Shown here: positions 11,083 through 21,340 of the stretch, piece after piece
How the letters are laid out: the number at the start of each line of letters is the position of its first letter
Numbering within the stretch: the stretch's first letter is position 1
Origin: an uncultured Prochlorococcus sp.
Lineage (GTDB): Bacteria > Cyanobacteriota > Cyanobacteriia > PCC-6307 > Cyanobiaceae
Length of the DNA: 48,434 nt
Assembly (NCBI GenBank): GCA_902572675.1
Contig: CACGGY010000001.1
Span: 1 to 48,434, forward strand
Direction: 5' to 3'
Translations under genes and position numbers: made by a program
Notes under the pieces: model-generated
The model's input: only the letters and a program-made list of their open reading frames with translations
Databases searched by the model: none
What the model was told of the DNA's origin: nothing

Positions 11083-11817
11083 TCAATTAAATCTTTTTGC
11101 AAGAGCTATTGGATCAAATACTGTAATTTTTTTTCTTTCAATAGTGAGTAGCCCTGAATCCTTTAAATCTCCCAATAATCTTGTGATAGTTACTCTTGTT
11201 GAACCAATAGCTTCAGCAATAGCTTGATGTGAAAGCCTTAGATCTATTGTAATGCCCTTTTCACTCGCAACTCCAAAGTCTCTACAAAGAACCATTAAAA
11301 AGCTTACTAAGCGAGAAGACATATCTCTATGAGTGAGAGTTTCAATCATTGTTTCTGTTTGTAGGATCCTACTTGAAAGACCCTGCAACAATAACAGTCC
11401 TACTGATGCATCTTCCTCAATTGCTCGCAAAACGGAATTAGCAGGTGCTGTTATCATTTCAACTCTTGTAAAAGCTATTGCGTGATAAAAACGATCAGAT
11501 CTATGTCCTGTTAAAAGAGATAAAACACCAAAGAGACTATTCTCTCTTAAAAGAGCAACAGTTATCTCTTCACCAGACTCATATACTCTTGACAATCTTA
11601 CGGCCCCTCTTCTAATCAGATAAACTCTCTCTGCAGGATCCCCAGGAAAAAATATTGTTTTATTTCTCTCAACCATTTCTGTACTTGCGCCCTCTAAACC
11701 TCTAATAACTTCCATTAGAGTTCTATTAATTGGGAAACGTTCTCCAACAGAGTTAATTTTTGTTTTACCGGACTGTTGCGAACTTAGTCGACTAAATCCT
11801 CTAGAAGAAGGAATCAT
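11083..11817 (-). CDS. ntcA: Global nitrogen regulator NtcA (CRP family)
   Basis: '[12 protein letters not shown]', '[14 protein letters not shown]', HTH '[22 protein letters not shown]'. Confidence 0.99.
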   Translation of the reverse strand: MIPSSRGFSRLSSQQSGKTKINSVGERFPINRTLMEVIRGLEGASTEMVERNKTIFFPGDPAERVYLIRRGAVRLSRVYESGEEITVALLRENSLFGVLSLLTGHRSDRFYHAIAFTRVEMITAPANSVLRAIEEDASVGLLLLQGLSSRILQTETMIETLTHRDMSSRLVSFLMVLCRDFGVASEKGITIDLRLSHQAIAEAIGSTRVTITRLLGDLKDSGLLTIERKKITVFDPIALAKRFN

Positions 11818-11837
11818 AAATATATTAACTATTAAAA

Positions 11838-11880
11838 AATTTAAGAAGACACCTTAAAATATCTTGTATCAACAGTAACA
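11838..11880 (-). promoter_or_regulatory. NtcA-activated promoter of ntcA: NtcA site TGTT-N8-TACA (11865-11880) plus -10 TAAATT (11838-11843)
   Basis: Minus strand reads tGTTactgttgaTACa (one mismatch to GTA-N8-TAC), then 22 nt, then TA-N3-T, the canonical NtcA class II architecture. Confidence 0.85.
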
Positions 11881-11957
11881 ATTTACGATTCTTATATCCT
11901 TATAAATAAACTTTTCTAAATTATTTTCAAGGTTTTCAACTTTTTTTAAGTAAAATT

Positions 11958-12004
11958 ACACTATATGCAGTGTATAAATTTTTTAATTATACTCCATGTA
12001 GTAA
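11958..12004 (+). promoter_or_regulatory. Tandem NrdR-like boxes (ACACTATATGCAGTGT 11958-11973; ATACTCCATGTAGTAA 11989-12004)
   Basis: Box 1 matches 14/16 of the consensus acaCwAtATaTwGtgt; box 2 matches 10/16 with core C, AT, T, G retained; 31 bp start-to-start; upstream of dNTP-metabolism genes. Confidence 0.7.
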
Positions 12005-12018
12005 AAGAATCTAAAATA

Positions 12019-12600
12019 ATGGTAATTAGTTCATCTAATAATTATTCCAAAAGTAATTCTGATGTTATAAAAATACATTCCACTAATAAATTAAATTTAA
12101 AAAGATTTACACAAAACGGGCAAATTCAAATCTATCAATCTTCTTACAGAGGAAGTTATTCTTCTATCATTAGAGATTGTTTAAGAAATGCTGCTCTTGG
12201 AAGAAAAGTACTTTTAGTTCAATTCATGAAAGGTGGTGTTAAACAAGGGATTGCTAATGCAGTAAAGCTTTGTGGAAATTTAACTTGGGTAAGAGCATCA
12301 AATTCTTTTGATCTTTATAATTCTGAAGAAATAGAAAATAATAAAAAATTAAAACAATCTATCCATGAATCCACTCATGAATTATGGGATTTTTGCAAAA
12401 AAGAATTACTCTCTGGTAAGAATGATCAAGTTATACTCGATGAAATCTTTCTTGCTATTGAGATGAAGATTATCAAGAAAGATGATTTGATTTCAACACT
12501 TGAAAACCGTTTTATATCAGGAGATGTAATCCTTACTGGTACAGATATTCCTAAAGACTTATTATTAATGGCCAATCAAATTACAGAACTTCGCTCATAA
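12019..12600 (+). CDS. Cob(I)alamin adenosyltransferase-like (CobO/BtuR fold) protein with degenerate P-loop
   Basis: 'KVLLVQFMKGG', 'DQVILDEI', 'VILTG', 'MANQITELR' match CobA/CobO; ATG 12019 preferred over 11965, which lies inside the predicted operator. Confidence 0.8.
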   Translation: MVISSSNNYSKSNSDVIKIHSTNKLNLKRFTQNGQIQIYQSSYRGSYSSIIRDCLRNAALGRKVLLVQFMKGGVKQGIANAVKLCGNLTWVRASNSFDLYNSEEIENNKKLKQSIHESTHELWDFCKKELLSGKNDQVILDEIFLAIEMKIIKKDDLISTLENRFISGDVILTGTDIPKDLLLMANQITELRS

Positions 12601-12604
12601 AACA

Positions 12605-13198
12605 ATGCTCAAAAATGATCTCTGGATAAATCAAAAAGCGTCTGAAGGGATGATAAACCCTTTCCAATCAAATCTGGTAAGGCATCTTGAGCCTGGTAAT
12701 CAAAAAAAACCAGTTTTAAGTTACGGATGTTCCTCTTATGGCTATGATTTAAGACTTTCATCACAAGAATTTTTGATTTTCAGACACATACCTGGAACTG
12801 TGATGAATCCCAAAAAGTTTAATCCTGATAATTTAGAAAAAACTGTTCTTCACCATGATGATGATGGAGACTATTTTATTCTTCCTGCTCACTCCTATGG
12901 CTTAGGTGTTGCTTTAGAAAAGATGAAAGTACCTGAGAACATAACTGTTATTTGTATAGGTAAAAGCACTTACGCAAGATTAGGAATAATAGTCAATACA
13001 ACACCCGCGGAGGCAGGTTGGGAAGGTCACCTTACTTTAGAATTTAGTAATAGTTCAGGCGCAGACTGCAGAATTTATGCTAACGAGGGGATCTGCCAAT
13101 TACTGTTTTTTGAAGGTGATCCTTGCTCTACTACATATGAAGATAGAAAGGGAAAATACCAAAATCAGCCAGAAAGAGTCACTCTAGCAAAGATCTGA
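12605..13198 (+). CDS. dcd: dCTP deaminase
   Basis: 'SYGCSSYGYDLRL', 'GKSTYARLG', 'PAEAGWEGHLTLE', 'GKYQNQ'. Confidence 0.97.
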   Translation: MLKNDLWINQKASEGMINPFQSNLVRHLEPGNQKKPVLSYGCSSYGYDLRLSSQEFLIFRHIPGTVMNPKKFNPDNLEKTVLHHDDDGDYFILPAHSYGLGVALEKMKVPENITVICIGKSTYARLGIIVNTTPAEAGWEGHLTLEFSNSSGADCRIYANEGICQLLFFEGDPCSTTYEDRKGKYQNQPERVTLAKI

Positions 13199-13199
13199 A

Positions 13200-13832
13200 A
13201 TGAGTAAAGTTGAACTAATTTCTCTGACACCTAATGCAGAAAAAACAATGGCTTACATCGCGAGAGTTAGCAACCCAAGTAATCAGAAAAACGAAGATTA
13301 TTCTAAATTATTGAGTTATTGTATTAAAAATGAACATTGGAGTGTATTTGAACAGTCATTTATGACCTTACAAATAGAAACCAACAGAGGAATTGCCGCT
13401 CAAATTTTAAGACATAGATCATTTACTTTTCAGGAATTTTCGCAAAGATATGCAGATAGTTCCCAATTGGGGAATATCCCTTTACCAGAGTTAAGAAGGC
13501 AAGATTTTAAAAATAGGCAAAATTCTATTCCTGATCTTCCTGATGACTTAAAAAAAAGATTCAATACAAAAATTAGATCACATTTCATAGCCGCTTCAGC
13601 ATTATATGAAGATTTACTCGCTGAAGGAGTAGCTAAGGAATGTGCAAGATTTGTTTTACCATTAGCAACTCCAACTAGAATATATATGTCTGGTTCATGC
13701 AGATCCTGGATCCATTACATACATTTAAGATCAGCTCATGGCACCCAAAAAGAACACAAATCTATTGCAGAAAATTGCAAGTCCATTTTCAAAGAATGTT
13801 TTCCTATCGTATCAAAATCTCTAGATTGGTAA
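13200..13832 (+). CDS. thyX: Flavin-dependent thymidylate synthase
   Basis: 'HWSVFEQ', ThyX motif 'RHRSFTFQEFSQRY', 'KECARFVLP'. Confidence 0.98.
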   Translation: MSKVELISLTPNAEKTMAYIARVSNPSNQKNEDYSKLLSYCIKNEHWSVFEQSFMTLQIETNRGIAAQILRHRSFTFQEFSQRYADSSQLGNIPLPELRRQDFKNRQNSIPDLPDDLKKRFNTKIRSHFIAASALYEDLLAEGVAKECARFVLPLATPTRIYMSGSCRSWIHYIHLRSAHGTQKEHKSIAENCKSIFKECFPIVSKSLDW

Positions 13833-13835
13833 GAA

Positions 13836-14381
13836 TCATCCATGACTGCGGGGAGTAATATTATTATTTTTGTTTTCTTTAATTTTTGAAAATTCACTAT
13901 TAATATTTTCGTCAGAAAATCCCCCTCCCCTATCAAGTTTATCAATAGAATCTCTAATTATTATTTCTTCTTGTTTTCCAATAAAAGTAGATATTAAATT
14001 ACCTCTTTTGTCAAAAAGATTTACTTGAGGAATACCATTAACGTTAAATTTGCGGATATAGTTGTCCCATTTTTGATTATCAACATTTAAAAAAACAAAA
14101 TTAATATCTTTTTCGTATTCCTCTTTTAAGGCAGATACTTTTGGAGCCATTTCTTTACAAACTTCACACCATTCAGCATAAAATTCCAGAAAAGTAGGCT
14201 TATTATTTTTAAAAGCTATTTCAGGATCAACTGATAATTCTCCAAAACTCTTAAGAAGGTAAGTTGATTGAAAAAAGAGGTTTTTAAATAAAACCAAACA
14301 GATAATAACTGTAGCAATAAGCAAAAAAAGAGTAGCTTTTAAATTTTTATTTATTATTGATTCAGTATTTTCAGATTGCAT
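13836..14381 (-). CDS. txlA: Membrane-anchored thioredoxin-like protein TxlA/HCF164
   Basis: N-terminal TM helix, 'EFYAEWCEVC', 'FVFLNVDNQKW', 'GIP'. Confidence 0.88.
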   Translation of the reverse strand: MQSENTESIINKNLKATLFLLIATVIICLVLFKNLFFQSTYLLKSFGELSVDPEIAFKNNKPTFLEFYAEWCEVCKEMAPKVSALKEEYEKDINFVFLNVDNQKWDNYIRKFNVNGIPQVNLFDKRGNLISTFIGKQEEIIIRDSIDKLDRGGGFSDENINSEFSKIKENKNNNITPRSHG

Positions 14382-14515
14382 TGTGGATACTTTCTAACTT
14401 AATCATCTTAAATAAATTAAATAAATAAAGAGAATTTAAATGCTTTAACTTTTAATCAACTGATAATATAAGAACTGAATAATATAACAATTTCTCCAAT
14501 TCCACGAATCTAGTT

Positions 14516-15868
14516 ATGCAATTAATCTTTGGCACTGATGGAATTAGAGGAAAATTTAATGAAGATATAACTTACTCTCTAGCCTATAAAGTCGCATATG
14601 CTCTAGGTTTGAATTTAAAGAACAATAATCCTATATTAATTGGCAGAGATACCAGGATTAGTGGAGAAATTCTTCTTCAGGCAATAACGCAGGGTATAAG
14701 TGCAAGTGGCAAAAAATTTATAAACCTTGGAATCTGTCCAACCCCTGCAATCCCTTTTTTAATCAAAAAAGAGAAGTTCAGTAGTGGGATAATGATATCT
14801 GCAAGCCATAATCCACCGGAATATAATGGCATAAAAATCTTTGATCATAATGGTCAAAAAATTGCCAAAAATTTTGAAAATAAAATTCAAAAATTAGTTG
14901 AAGAGTTAAATCAAAATATATCAATACCCGAAAAAGAGATCTCTTTAAAAACCAATGAAAAGCTTATGGAAATTTATGTCCAAAGCCTAATCCAAACGAT
15001 GGGTGGTGAAAATTTAAGTGGTATGAAAATAATATTAGACACATGCTATGGATCAGCTACAACTTGTGCAAAAAAAATTTTTCAAAATCTTGGGGCTGAT
15101 GTAAGGGTTATCAATGATTCTATAAATGGGTTAAAAATTAATTTAAATTGTGGCTCAACTAACCTTCAATCATTAAAAAAAGCATTAATAGAGACTCCTG
15201 CAGACATGGGATTTAGTTTCGATGGAGATGCAGATAGAGTAATTGGCGTAGATTCTATGGGCAACGTGATGGATGGTGATCATATCCTTTTTCTTTGGGG
15301 CAGTGAACTTATGAAACAAAAAACACTCACCAATAATCTATTAATTTCCACCCATATGGCAAATTTAGGTTTTGAAAAAGCCTGGAACAACATTGGTGGG
15401 ATATTATGTAGAACCGATGTAGGAGATAAATTCGTTCTTAATGCAATTAAGGAAGAAAGAGCTGTATTAGGTGGTGAACAGTCAGGTCATATTCTTTCAA
15501 ATATTAATAATTTTTCTGGAGATGGGATACTGACTGCACTTCAAATTTCCAAATACTGTAAAAAGAAAAATATTACTTTAAATAATTGGCTTAAAAGTAG
15601 TTTCGAACCTTTCCCACAGAAACTAACCAACATTAAATTAAATTTCGATATTAATAAAATAAATTCAAAAAATAGAATTTTAATTGATCAAACTATTGAA
15701 AGTTTTCAGTCAATTGACTCTGATAATTCTAGAATTTATATAAGGCCCAGCGGGACAGAGCCTTTAATGCGAGTTCTTGTGGAGGCCGAAAGTGAAAAGA
15801 AGGTTAATTATCTATCAAACGAAATAACAAACAAACTTATTTTAGAAATGAAAAAAATAGTCAATTAA
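14516..15868 (+). CDS. glmM: Phosphoglucosamine mutase
   Basis: 'FGTDGIRG', phosphoserine 'ISASHNP', 'FDGDADR', 'GGEQSGH', 'RPSGTEP'. Confidence 0.93.
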   Translation: MQLIFGTDGIRGKFNEDITYSLAYKVAYALGLNLKNNNPILIGRDTRISGEILLQAITQGISASGKKFINLGICPTPAIPFLIKKEKFSSGIMISASHNPPEYNGIKIFDHNGQKIAKNFENKIQKLVEELNQNISIPEKEISLKTNEKLMEIYVQSLIQTMGGENLSGMKIILDTCYGSATTCAKKIFQNLGADVRVINDSINGLKINLNCGSTNLQSLKKALIETPADMGFSFDGDADRVIGVDSMGNVMDGDHILFLWGSELMKQKTLTNNLLISTHMANLGFEKAWNNIGGILCRTDVGDKFVLNAIKEERAVLGGEQSGHILSNINNFSGDGILTALQISKYCKKKNITLNNWLKSSFEPFPQKLTNIKLNFDINKINSKNRILIDQTIESFQSIDSDNSRIYIRPSGTEPLMRVLVEAESEKKVNYLSNEITNKLILEMKKIVN

Positions 15869-15875
15869 TAACGAA

Positions 15876-16505
15876 TCAGATTTTGTGATAAATCCTTTCA
15901 AAAATATTTAATTTATTTTCAATCACATACTTTTCCCTAGTTGTAAGAACCTTATCTGGATTAAAACTTTCGCAATACTTAAAATCCTTTTTATCTATTA
16001 TTTTAAAATTAGAATTACTTGATATTGTGTAATCCATATAATCGAATAAATCCCTTACATCAGTTTTAATAAAAATAAGCGATTCTTTTCGCAAACAATT
16101 TGAGAGACTATTAATAAACTCTGGTTGAATTACACGCCTTTTATAATGTCTTTTCTTGAACCATGGATCAGGAAAATTAAAAGAAATGCTTTTTACATTT
16201 TTGATGATAAATTTATTTTGTACATCATTAAAAATATTATTAGCATTGCCAAATAAAAAATATAGATTTTTAATTTCTTTTTCTTTTACTTTTACTTGTG
16301 CTGTTTTAACTAATCTCTCGCGGATTTCAATTCCTAAATAATTCCAGGTAGGATTAAATAAAGCCAAATCGAATAAAAAACCACCTGCAGCACAACCTAT
16401 ATCCAAATGAAGATTCAATTTAGAATCTTTAAACATTTCAATCAAAGATGGAATTTTCTTAATTTCATCAAAATTTTTACTTAGTGGATTTACATGTTGT
16501 CTCAT
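15876..16505 (-). CDS. trmB: tRNA (guanine-N7)-methyltransferase
   Basis: 'RQHVNPL', 'LDIGCAAG', '[14 protein letters not shown]'. Confidence 0.96.
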   Translation of the reverse strand: MRQHVNPLSKNFDEIKKIPSLIEMFKDSKLNLHLDIGCAAGGFLFDLALFNPTWNYLGIEIRERLVKTAQVKVKEKEIKNLYFLFGNANNIFNDVQNKFIIKNVKSISFNFPDPWFKKRHYKRRVIQPEFINSLSNCLRKESLIFIKTDVRDLFDYMDYTISSNSNFKIIDKKDFKYCESFNPDKVLTTREKYVIENKLNIFERIYHKI

Positions 16506-16627
16506 GAAATAATTAATTTATTTCTGGGCGATAATATAAAAATGCTTAATATACATAACTATGACAATAGTAAGTCAGAAAGTAATAATTTAATGTTTAA
16601 TTATTATGTAAGTAAAAATAAAAAGTT

Positions 16628-17251
16628 TTGAACGTTTTCAATCAGCTTCCTATTTGGCTATCTTTTCAACTTTCAATAATTTTTCTGATTGGTATGCCTG
16701 TTACTTTATTCTTTTGGTCAATAAAAAAAAGAAACAAAGCTGTAAATAAACTAATATCAATTTATTGGAAAATATCCCTTCTTTTTTTTATAAGCCTTTT
16801 ACTTTTAATAGGTAAGTATAAATATGCACTTGTTATAACAAATATTGCAACATTATTAATGACAATTTCAGTTTGGTTTTGGAACGATATTAATGATGAA
16901 TTAAGAGAATATGATTTTTCTTACTGCCTCTCTACAGTTACAAAAATATGGAGATGGGCGCTAACTTTTATATCTCTCAATTTCTTGATTCAAAGTTTAC
17001 AAAATATTAGCTGCTTTTCTTTTATTAATACGGTTGCATGTGAAGTATGGCTTCAACCTTCTTCAAAATTCTATATTTTAATCAAAAATTTATTTAATTT
17101 TTTCTTCGGAGCTAACTTTACTCAGCCCATAGCAAAATTCTTAGGTTTATCTTCACTTTTAATTTATACTTTAGGCTTAGTTCAATGGTCAATAACTAAA
17201 TTTCCTAAAAATGGAAGAAACTCTTACTTCTCCACAAATGGCAGAAATTGA
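16628..17251 (+). CDS. DUF3177-like membrane protein (TTG start)
   Basis: 'IYWKISLL', 'SVWFWNDINDEL', 'WRWA'; multiple TM helices. Confidence 0.78.
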   Translation: MNVFNQLPIWLSFQLSIIFLIGMPVTLFFWSIKKRNKAVNKLISIYWKISLLFFISLLLLIGKYKYALVITNIATLLMTISVWFWNDINDELREYDFSYCLSTVTKIWRWALTFISLNFLIQSLQNISCFSFINTVACEVWLQPSSKFYILIKNLFNFFFGANFTQPIAKFLGLSSLLIYTLGLVQWSITKFPKNGRNSYFSTNGRN

Positions 17252-17546
17252 TTTAATAGAAAATCTAGAAAAAATAAGTTCGCAGATAACGAACAGGATC
17301 CTTAAATTAGAAGGTTTTATTCTAAAAGAAAATAAAAAAGAACAATTAGAAATCATTATTTTTAAGGGTTTCAGTAGCTCTACCACTCATCCAATTGAAA
17401 TAGATTTAGAAAAGAAAGTTATTGAATTTAGTTGTAAAATAACCAACTTTAAACTATACAAGTCACCCTTAACAGATACCGAAGATAATTTTATTAGAGA
17501 AAATCAGAATTTAGTTTTCTTTTTGAATCAAAAAAACTGGATTTAA
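17238..17546 (+). CDS. Conserved hypothetical protein
   Basis: '[13 protein letters not shown]' motif recalled from a cyanobacterial/plant family; start 17238 or 17211. Confidence 0.7.
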   Translation: MAEIDLIENLEKISSQITNRILKLEGFILKENKKEQLEIIIFKGFSSSTTHPIEIDLEKKVIEFSCKITNFKLYKSPLTDTEDNFIRENQNLVFFLNQKNWI

Positions 17547-20449
17547 GTCACTTCATTATTGATAATATTTGAACATCTTTTACATAATTTTGTATTTTTT
17601 ATTCCACAAAAAGTTTCTTTTTGATAATGCCAACATCTATCACATTTTTGACCAGGAGCTTTAAGAATTTGAATTTTTCCAAGTTCGTTATTATCAGTAA
17701 TGAGAGCTTTATCTACTAATTCTGTTACCTCTTGAAAATTTGAGATTATAAGCCAATCCTTAAATAAATCTACATCTTCATTACCAAACTTTTTAAGCCA
17801 ATTTAGAGAATCTTTTAAGTCATTATTTTCTGGTAAATAGTTAACTTCTGTTTCTAAAGCCGCTCCAATTATTTGTTTATTTCTACATACTTCTATGGCT
17901 TTATTAATTTCAACTCTCAAATTTCTTAAATTTGCAATTTGCTTATTAAGATTTTCATTTTTCCATGAATTCGAAAATATTGGCCATCCTCTTTGAAATA
18001 CTGATTTTTCTTTTGTTGAATATGGAATATTTTGCCAAATGTCTTCAGCCATATGACAAAGTACTGGAGAAATCAGAACAGCTAAATTTTCCACAATCTT
18101 AGACATCACAAACTGACATGACCTTCTCCTAAATTGTGATTTAGAACTTACATATAACCTATCTTTTGCAATATCCAAATAGAAATTTGATAGATCTACA
18201 ACGCAAAAACTTTGTAAGATTTGAAAAAATTTTGAAAATTCATAATTTTCATAAGCATCTGATATTTGATCTGTAACATCAACTAATCTGCCTAACATCC
18301 ATTGATCTAAGAGCGGCAATTCTTCAATTTTAAAACTACTTATATTAGGGTCATAATCATGAATATTACCTAAAAGATATCTTGCAGTATTACGAACTTT
18401 TCTGTATACATCTGACAGCTGCTTGAGTATATTCGAACCAATTGGAACATCTACTGAATAATCTACAGAGCTCACCCATAACCTTAAAACATCAGCACCA
18501 TAAGCAGGTTCAGTTTTTTTATTATTGCCTCCGTTTATAATTATATTTGGATCAACAACGTTACCTAAAGATTTGCTCATTTTTCTTCCATTTTCATCAA
18601 GTGCAAAACCATGAGTTAAAACTTTTTTATATGGAGGTTTATTATTAACGGCAACAGATGTGAGCAATGAAGACTGAAACCAACCGCGATGTTGATCTGA
18701 GCCCTCTAAATAAAGATCAGCTGGATACTTTAATTCATTTCTTTGTTCACAAACTGCAGCCCAACTAGATCCTGAATCGAACCAGACATCCATTGTATCT
18801 GTTCCTTTTTTCCATAGATCAGATTCATTTACATAATTTTCTGGCAAAAGATTCTTGACATCCCAATCCCACCAAATATCTGCTCCGTGTTCACTAAAAA
18901 GTTTTTGAATATGATTAATTATTTCGCTATTTAGTAAAATTTCACTACCATTTTTTTTATAAAAAACCGGAATTGGAACCCCCCACGACCTTTGCCTTGA
19001 AATACACCAATCCCCCCTACCAACAACCATAGAAAAAATTCTTTTCTTTCCTGTGGCTGGCATCCATTCAACATCTTCGATTGCCTTTAATGCAGATGAT
19101 CTGAAGCCATTTACAGATGCAAACCATTGTTCTGTAGCTCTAAAAATAGTTGGTTTTTTTGTTCTCCAATCATAAGGATATCTATGCTTATAATTTTCTT
19201 GAAGTAAAAGCAAATTATTTCCCTTTAAATATTCAATAATTAAATCATTTGCATCTTTAAGGACATTTGATCCCTTGAATTGACCTGAACATTCGTTTAA
19301 GTTCCCTTTTTCATCAACAATACAAGTTGTAGGCAAATCATATTTTTGCCCCACATTAAAATCATCTACCCCATGACCTGGTGCAGTATGAACAATTCCA
19401 GTACCTGATTCGGTAGTGATGTAATCTCCGCCAATCACAATTCTGCAATTTTTTTTCTTAGTAGGATGTTCATACTCAATATTTTCCAAGCAAGCCCCTT
19501 TAACCTCTAAAAGAGTTTTGAAATTTTTTTTAAATTTGTTACTAATTTCAGAAGATAATTCTTTTGCAAAAAGGTATATTCGAGCTTCTTCATCAATACC
19601 AAAAACATATTCAATTTTTGGATTTACTGCAACTGCTTCGTTTGCAGGTATTGTCCAAGGTGTTGTGGTCCAAATAGCTATAAAAGAATTACTTACAAAA
19701 AGATCCTCTTTAAAATTGGGATTTTCTTGACAAAATTTAGACAGGATTTTTTCAGATAATTTGGTGATTTTTAAAGCAACGTAAATACTTTTTGAATAAT
19801 GTTCTTCGGGATATTCTAATTCTGCTTCTGCAAGTGCAGTCCTTGAACTTGGACTCCAATGCACAGGTTTTAGACCTCTATATATATATCCATTCAAAAA
19901 CATTTTCCCGAATACTCCAATCTGAGCAGATTCATAACTTTTCTTAAGAGTTAAATAAGGGTTATCCCAATCCCCCCAAATTCCCCACCTTTTAAAACCC
20001 TCCATTTGCTTATTTATTTGTATGTATGCATAATCTGTTGCTTTTTTTCTAAGGCTCAGAGTATCTAGATTCTTTCTTTCATCAGATTTCAAATTCTGAA
20101 GTACTTTTAGTTCAATAGGCAAGCCATGACAGTCCCATCCAGGGACATAATGAACCTTAAAGCCTTTCAATGTTTTGTACTTATTTATGATGTCTTTTAA
20201 AACTTTATTAAGTGCATGGCCCATATGCAGAGCTCCATTGGCATAAGGCGGGCCATCATGCAATGTAAACGTTTTGCCTGAGCTTTTTGAACCCAATTCG
20301 AAATCAATATTATATTTAGCCCAAAAATCCTGAATCTCAGGTTCTCTTACAACTGAATTAGCACGCATTGAGAAGTCAGTTTTAAGTAAATTTAAAGTTT
20401 CTTTATAAGAAAATTCTGATTTTTGTTCTTTGTTATTTTGAGATTTCAT
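17543..20449 (-). CDS. ileS: Isoleucine-tRNA ligase (type 1)
   Basis: '[14 protein letters not shown]', 'KMSKS', 'WTTTPWT', C-terminal Zn motif 'CDRCW...CKRC'. Confidence 0.99.
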   Translation of the reverse strand: MKSQNNKEQKSEFSYKETLNLLKTDFSMRANSVVREPEIQDFWAKYNIDFELGSKSSGKTFTLHDGPPYANGALHMGHALNKVLKDIINKYKTLKGFKVHYVPGWDCHGLPIELKVLQNLKSDERKNLDTLSLRKKATDYAYIQINKQMEGFKRWGIWGDWDNPYLTLKKSYESAQIGVFGKMFLNGYIYRGLKPVHWSPSSRTALAEAELEYPEEHYSKSIYVALKITKLSEKILSKFCQENPNFKEDLFVSNSFIAIWTTTPWTIPANEAVAVNPKIEYVFGIDEEARIYLFAKELSSEISNKFKKNFKTLLEVKGACLENIEYEHPTKKKNCRIVIGGDYITTESGTGIVHTAPGHGVDDFNVGQKYDLPTTCIVDEKGNLNECSGQFKGSNVLKDANDLIIEYLKGNNLLLLQENYKHRYPYDWRTKKPTIFRATEQWFASVNGFRSSALKAIEDVEWMPATGKKRIFSMVVGRGDWCISRQRSWGVPIPVFYKKNGSEILLNSEIINHIQKLFSEHGADIWWDWDVKNLLPENYVNESDLWKKGTDTMDVWFDSGSSWAAVCEQRNELKYPADLYLEGSDQHRGWFQSSLLTSVAVNNKPPYKKVLTHGFALDENGRKMSKSLGNVVDPNIIINGGNNKKTEPAYGADVLRLWVSSVDYSVDVPIGSNILKQLSDVYRKVRNTARYLLGNIHDYDPNISSFKIEELPLLDQWMLGRLVDVTDQISDAYENYEFSKFFQILQSFCVVDLSNFYLDIAKDRLYVSSKSQFRRRSCQFVMSKIVENLAVLISPVLCHMAEDIWQNIPYSTKEKSVFQRGWPIFSNSWKNENLNKQIANLRNLRVEINKAIEVCRNKQIIGAALETEVNYLPENNDLKDSLNWLKKFGNEDVDLFKDWLIISNFQEVTELVDKALITDNNELGKIQILKAPGQKCDRCWHYQKETFCGIKNTKLCKRCSNIINNEVT

Positions 20450-20572
20450 ACGAGGGTATAAGAAGAAATATTGTTAACCAAAAGAATTTTGTAAAGAAAT
20501 CTAATTCATAAGATTCTTTTTTAATTGACCTTTAGTTTTTTTTCATTTTTTAAAAAAACTTTAGTTTTAGTT

Positions 20573-21031
20573 TCAAGCTTTAATATTATCATTTTTATCA
20601 TTTCTTACCCACTTTTTTGAGATTATTTTCTGATTATTTCTATCAAAATTAAAAAAATTTAAAGGTTTTGTAAGATTCCTAGCTGCAAGATTAATTGCCT
20701 CTAACATTTTTGACAGGTTATTTTTGAATTCCGTTAAGGTAGTTAATTTTTTCTTTTCTTTATCTGTCAATTGATTCCATCTGGATAAAAAAATCTCTAT
20801 TACATATAAAAGAACTAGTAATGTTAATACGCTAAAAATTATGAAAAATGATTGATCGATATTTTTTTTGATTATTAATACATAACCAATTATTAAATTA
20901 AGAAAAGCTTTTATTAAGTCTTTTGGTTTGCCAAGCTCAAGATAAGCCAGAGGTACGATTAAAAATATAATCCCAATTACAAAATAAAAAGATCCTAAAT
21001 AAACTATCAAACTATTTGTCCATTGATCCAT
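20573..21031 (-). CDS. Ycf66-like membrane protein
   Basis: 'LELGKPKD', three TM helices, 'RWNQLTDKEK'; position next to ileS. Confidence 0.7.
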   Translation of the reverse strand: MDQWTNSLIVYLGSFYFVIGIIFLIVPLAYLELGKPKDLIKAFLNLIIGYVLIIKKNIDQSFFIIFSVLTLLVLLYVIEIFLSRWNQLTDKEKKKLTTLTEFKNNLSKMLEAINLAARNLTKPLNFFNFDRNNQKIISKKWVRNDKNDNIKA

Positions 21032-21090
21032 ATATCAATTATAAGAACTTGAAATAAATATATAAACTCTTATATCAGAATCTCCTTAAA

Positions 21091-21172
21091 TGCGGTCGGG
21101 GAGACTTGAACTCCCACACCCGAAGATACGAGTACCTAAAACTCGCGCGTCTACCAATTCCGCCACGACCGC
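21091..21172 (-). tRNA. tRNA-Leu(TAG)
   Basis: Reverse complement GCGGTCG...CGACCGCA; D-loop GGAATTGGTAGAC; anticodon arm CGAGT-TTTAGGT-ACTCG; long variable arm; GTTCAAGTC. Confidence 0.97.
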
Positions 21173-21340
21173 TCATCTAAAATAATAATTGAAAGGAGAT
21201 TATTTTAAAAATATTTTTAACTTATGATGGTTAATTTGACACATAAAAATTAAATTAAACATCTCTTTAGAAATTTTTTTTTTGATTTAACCATACAATC
21301 ATCTGAAAATATCAGTTATATTATTCAAAGAATACAAGAA

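Noticed and set aside
11965-12018. Longer N-terminus of the cobO-like ORF from ATG 11965
   Set aside because: Overlaps the predicted operator/promoter and is non-homologous, low-complexity sequence; ATG 12019 is more plausible
20450-20572. Possible T-box/attenuator or vestigial ycf66 tail upstream of ileS
   Set aside because: Too short and AT-rich; no T-box motif; only weak imperfect inverted repeats
21032-21172. tRNA-Leu as a possible island integration site
   Set aside because: Only about 60 bp to ycf66; no att-like repeat or foreign genes seen
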